DNA of 36,264 nucleotides from positions 1 to 36,264 of IMG/VR virus record IMGVR_UViG_3300005805_000229, one strand, 5' to 3'. Each line of letters begins with the position of its first letter. Positions within the stretch are counted from its first letter, which is position 1. The DNA comes from a virus. Taxonomy: Duplodnaviria > Caudoviricetes. The translations under genes and the position numbers were made by a program. The notes under the pieces are model-generated. The model was not told where the DNA came from. It did no database searches and saw only the letters and a program-made list of their open reading frames with translations. Shown here in pieces: positions 32,539 to 36,264 of the stretch.

Positions 32539-35500
32539 ACTGCTTGGACATCTTAATTTTTAGCTGCTTCATTTTGTCCAACCGCTCACGTTTCTGATCA
32601 GCCGTCATGGTTTTGCTATCTCTGATAAAACGCTCGTATGCGGCAATTTCACCCATCTCTTGCCGGAAAGCACCAGCGTCACTAGCAATATTGATGTCAT
32701 GCATGTTTTCTTTTAAGAACTTGGCTGCTTCCTCTGGATCAGATGTAGCCAGACGGTTGTACGTTTGCTGAGCAGACTGCGCACGGTTTACAGTTTCATA
32801 AGCACGGTTAATCATGCCAGACGCATCAGGCGGTTGGAACAACCCCCCAACTATCGGTGCTTCGTAGATCCGCATAGTGGGTGCTTCTTTTTCTGCTGAC
32901 TTAATGCCAGTTACAGTTTCGATGGCACCGATAATGCCTAATGGTAGCGATCCTGTGTAGCCTTTAATAAAGTATTCTAATTTGGCAGGAGAAATTCCAA
33001 TTGCACCAAACATTTTGATTGTTTCCGGCGTAGTCGGACGATACTGATACTCAGCTATTTCAGACATGGATCTATCTACAATCTCACGTCCAGTAAAAAA
33101 TGATCGGTTCAACATCAACTCAACAATAGGCTTAGCCACTGTCGGCATGTCCCCGGGCAAGCTACGCATTGCCAAATCTTTTAGTGCTTTCAGCACATCC
33201 GCATTTTTATCATCCGTAAACGCCATACGATAGACGCCTTCCGGCAAGCCTTTGGCAATCAAGCCAGCTTCAAACGGAATAGGTACGCGGAACGTACCTA
33301 ACGGTGTCGGAACAAACCAGTTGTTGTAACGCTCATCCGGGTTGGCGTTTTCGTATGTCTCGTCATCATCCATCATGGCGGCGTAAAATACCGTCAAACC
33401 AGCCATCATTCCCATACGCATAAACAACTTGTTACGAACACGCAGCTTTTCGCTTGCCACCATGTCGCCCTTATAGGCGCGGTACAGAACATCAAGACCT
33501 TGAACACCAGCATTAAAGAATGGGATCAACGTGTTGGCATAAAGGATAGTGGGTGACAAACCACGGCGGCTAAAGTTCATCGCCTCCAACGTAGCAAATG
33601 TAGCCTCACGCTCAGACAGACCCTGCTTCAAGAATGAGTTGTACATGGAGACACGGGTTGCCGCATCACCCATCATCGCAAACTCGTCCAGCTTAGCCAT
33701 CGCCATATCCCAGCCCGGCTTACCAGATGCAAGTTGTTGCAAAATCTTAGACATGTCATCAGTAGCACCAACAACAACCTGACCGCCCAAAATACCGCGC
33801 CCTTGCAGTACTTTCATAGCGTCTGTGCGTTTCATACCCACCATATCTTTAAGCGTCTGATAAACAGGCACAAAGTCAGCGCCGGTTGTCAAAACTGCAG
33901 ACATGGAATCACGAAACACCTGCCGCACAGCGTAGCGTGGGTCACGCGTCACAAACTTACGAAGCAAATTGGCTGGCATACCTAGCAGGCGAATGCCCAC
34001 CGGCAACGTGGCCTTAATGCCTTCCATACCTTGAACAACTAACTCGGTAGGAATGTCACCAAACAGATCTTCTTTCATCTTGGTGTCAATCCGCGCCCAC
34101 ATTGGACTGTGTATTGTTTTTTTCGTTTTCTCGTCAAAGATTTCCATGCTAAAACGTATGACATCAGGACTAGCTGGACCGTCGCCTCTGTGAATCTTAG
34201 CTATACCCATCTCATTTAGGACAAACGCCGTATTGCGCGTAGCCATGTTCTTGAGTGCCATATCTACCAGCAACTGCGTGTTTTGCAACGCGCCAGTAAA
34301 CACTGGGAGAATTTTTTCCTTCCCGCCAATCAACTCGTGCAAATACGGTTGGTTCTTTATATCACCAATACGGATAGGTTTTTCCCCAAATACAACGAGT
34401 TCAGCAACGCCATTACGCTGTCGGTAGTACGGAACATAGTTTTTAGCTTTTAATTCTGCTGCTACTTTAGGGCTAAGTGCACCTGCAGCTACGGCAAAAT
34501 CTATAAGATCACGGTTGTATTGTTGAAACAGCTTGTGTGCTTTTTTAAAAGCTGCGTTGTTGGCGTACTTGGCAATCGTATCGTCAACATCTTTCTGAGT
34601 AATTTTTTCTTCTGTAAAATCTAATTTGTCAACGCCAACATCGTTAGCGCGCAGGGCAATCTCATACTGGGTAAATTCATTTTCTACCTGCTTGGCTGGT
34701 ACGCCGGAATCTTTGAGAGCCTCAGACACATCTTTTAAGCTTGGCCCCTCCCCGCCTTCGTACATAAACTCGCCATTTTTCTTGACAATTTTGCCGACGC
34801 CAGAAGTAGCAAACTGCGCCATAAAGTTATTGCGCTGGTCAGCCATGCGGCTGAAGTACAACACATCCATAGCCTTGAGCGAACTAATTACGCCTTTGCT
34901 GACGCCGCGTTTTATCAGCGCATCCAAAGCCGCTAGCCGGTCAACAAACTGTGTACGGAAGTTCAGGCCGGTAACATTAGCCTTGACGGTATCGAACATC
35001 TTGCCGCGCTCAGCAACTATGGCGCCCATGCCGGTAGCCGGAGGTGCCGTGCCTTTGACGGTACGGAACGAGATTGTGTCGTCCGCGTTCCTGTAAGCCA
35101 CAGGTTTGCCAGCCTCAAAGTTGCGTTTAGCCTGCTTCATTAGGTAGAACAGATCACTGGTGGTGATGTCCATATCAAACCCAAGCTTACGCAGTGCAGC
35201 ACGAACGGCGCCTACCAATGCTTTGTACCAGTACCCAAGCTTCTGCATACGGGAGGCTGTAACTTCTTTCTCCATGGTGTATGCGATCATCTCGCGCATA
35301 GCTTTGATATTGGCGTTGGCTCGGATTTGAGCGTCGGTTATCTTGCCGTCATCAAAAGCTTTTTTGTAGTACTTAACCGTGTCAAAAAACACACCGTTAA
35401 CTACATTAAGTAAACCTAATTTTTTTGCAATTTTTTCTAAGCCACCCGGCGTTTTGTAGATTTGTTGGGATAGTTTGATAAGACCATCTTTACCCAGTAA

Positions 35501-36262
35501 CCCATCAACAGAGTAGTGACCAATAAGTTCGTGTGCTAATGTCTGTTGAAGGTCTGTCATGTCGTTGTGGTTCTGCACAATGACAAACACTTTGCCTTTG
35601 TAAACGCCGCCTCTTAACCTGCTAGCAACAACATCCATGCCCTGCTTTGCCATTTGTTTAAGGATGCCGATAGGCAACTTAGCGATGCTATCGTAGTACT
35701 CAAACTCAATACCCTGCGCTTCAGCCTTAGCTTTAACTTTATCTAGTAAAGCTACAGCTTCTTTCTCATCAATCAGCTCTGTTGGTTCTTCACCAATCCG
35801 AGGGTCAATCTCATCGCTCTTGTAATCAATGCTGTCAATGATGTCAGCATCGCTGTATGTACCAAGATCAATATCAAGTGGTTCTAACAGGCCGGTTTCA
35901 CCGGTTTTACGCGGCTTAGCTTTTGGTGTGTTTTCTTTAGCCTCTTTAATTGTTTTTTCAATTTCTTCAGGCGTCAGGTCAGCCCGTGCTTTGTAAGCAA
36001 CGCCGTTAGCTAATTTGTTGCGAGCGCGGGTAAGCGCTGCTTTAGCCGATGTCATGGCTGTTTTATTGTTTGGGTCAACAGCCGCCAAAGCCTTCTCTGC
36101 TTCAACAACTTTATCTTTTAGAAGCTGAACCATAGAAGCTGCAATCTCTGCTTCATCTGCTTCTTTTTGTTCTACGTACTGAACGGTAGCCGATGCTTCT
36201 TTGTCAGCAATATCTGTGACAGTATCTTTATCAGCAAACAAACGTGTACGAACAATTGCTGG
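32495..36262 (-). CDS. Large polyvalent (internal virion/ejection-type) protein with zincin-like and LPD38-like domains, 5'-truncated
   Basis: Frame stays open to the window end (over 1250 aa). AHELIGHY metal motif; NYVPYYR, MNFSRRG, IPFFNAGVQG, RVPIPFEAG, NRSFFTGREI and ISPAKLEYFIKGYTG match the LPD38-type C-terminus as I recall it. Confidence 0.75.
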   Translation of the reverse strand, partial: PAIVRTRLFADKDTVTDIADKEASATVQYVEQKEADEAEIAASMVQLLKDKVVEAEKALAAVDPNNKTAMTSAKAALTRARNKLANGVAYKARADLTPEEIEKTIKEAKENTPKAKPRKTGETGLLEPLDIDLGTYSDADIIDSIDYKSDEIDPRIGEEPTELIDEKEAVALLDKVKAKAEAQGIEFEYYDSIAKLPIGILKQMAKQGMDVVASRLRGGVYKGKVFVIVQNHNDMTDLQQTLAHELIGHYSVDGLLGKDGLIKLSQQIYKTPGGLEKIAKKLGLLNVVNGVFFDTVKYYKKAFDDGKITDAQIRANANIKAMREMIAYTMEKEVTASRMQKLGYWYKALVGAVRAALRKLGFDMDITTSDLFYLMKQAKRNFEAGKPVAYRNADDTISFRTVKGTAPPATGMGAIVAERGKMFDTVKANVTGLNFRTQFVDRLAALDALIKRGVSKGVISSLKAMDVLYFSRMADQRNNFMAQFATSGVGKIVKKNGEFMYEGGEGPSLKDVSEALKDSGVPAKQVENEFTQYEIALRANDVGVDKLDFTEEKITQKDVDDTIAKYANNAAFKKAHKLFQQYNRDLIDFAVAAGALSPKVAAELKAKNYVPYYRQRNGVAELVVFGEKPIRIGDIKNQPYLHELIGGKEKILPVFTGALQNTQLLVDMALKNMATRNTAFVLNEMGIAKIHRGDGPASPDVIRFSMEIFDEKTKKTIHSPMWARIDTKMKEDLFGDIPTELVVQGMEGIKATLPVGIRLLGMPANLLRKFVTRDPRYAVRQVFRDSMSAVLTTGADFVPVYQTLKDMVGMKRTDAMKVLQGRGILGGQVVVGATDDMSKILQQLASGKPGWDMAMAKLDEFAMMGDAATRVSMYNSFLKQGLSEREATFATLEAMNFSRRGLSPTILYANTLIPFFNAGVQGLDVLYRAYKGDMVASEKLRVRNKLFMRMGMMAGLTVFYAAMMDDDETYENANPDERYNNWFVPTPLGTFRVPIPFEAGLIAKGLPEGVYRMAFTDDKNADVLKALKDLAMRSLPGDMPTVAKPIVELMLNRSFFTGREIVDRSMSEIAEYQYRPTTPETIKMFGAIGISPAKLEYFIKGYTGSLPLGIIGAIETVTGIKSAEKEAPTMRIYEAPIVGGLFQPPDASGMINRAYETVNRAQSAQQTYNRLATSDPEEAAKFLKENMHDINIASDAGAFRQEMGEIAAYERFIRDSKTMTADQKRERLDKMKQLKIKMSKQFNEMNARIELQAAR

Positions 36263-36264
36263 AA

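Overview
This window is a large part of a tailed dsDNA bacteriophage genome (Caudoviricetes), probably podovirus-like, cut inside genes at both ends. The minus strand (1-10.8 kb) carries the packaging and head module: terS, terL, two inserted accessory genes, portal, GroES, scaffold, a decoration-like protein, a Mu-gpT-like major capsid protein and small virion genes. A divergent control region lies at about 10.8-12.3 kb. The plus strand (11.3-32.5 kb) carries early/accessory genes (amidoligase plus class II glutamine amidotransferase; MoxR-like AAA plus metallopeptidase-vWA plus DUF3150-like; many small ORFs), then the replication module (VRR-NUC, Leu762-type family A polymerase, Cas4-like nuclease, HNH, SNF2 helicase, SSB-like, HTH, primase-DUF927 helicase). 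The 3' part of a giant LPD38-type polyvalent protein converges on it from the minus strand. I saw no integrase, tRNA or CRISPR array. The most interesting signals are non-coding: (1) a candidate ~90-nt sRNA at 10871-10962 whose exposed segment is complementary to a 12-nt extended ribosome-binding motif (AAGGAGCATACA) found exactly in front of four distant genes; (2) two distinct palindromic operator families; (3) an inverted-repeat origin candidate; (4) a loop-E (sarcin-ricin-type) hairpin upstream of the HTH gene; (5) a pseudoknotted RNA downstream of the capsid gene; (6) a 16-bp direct repeat that exactly brackets the amidoligase/GATase cassette. All protein calls come from motif recognition by eye; no database searches were run.
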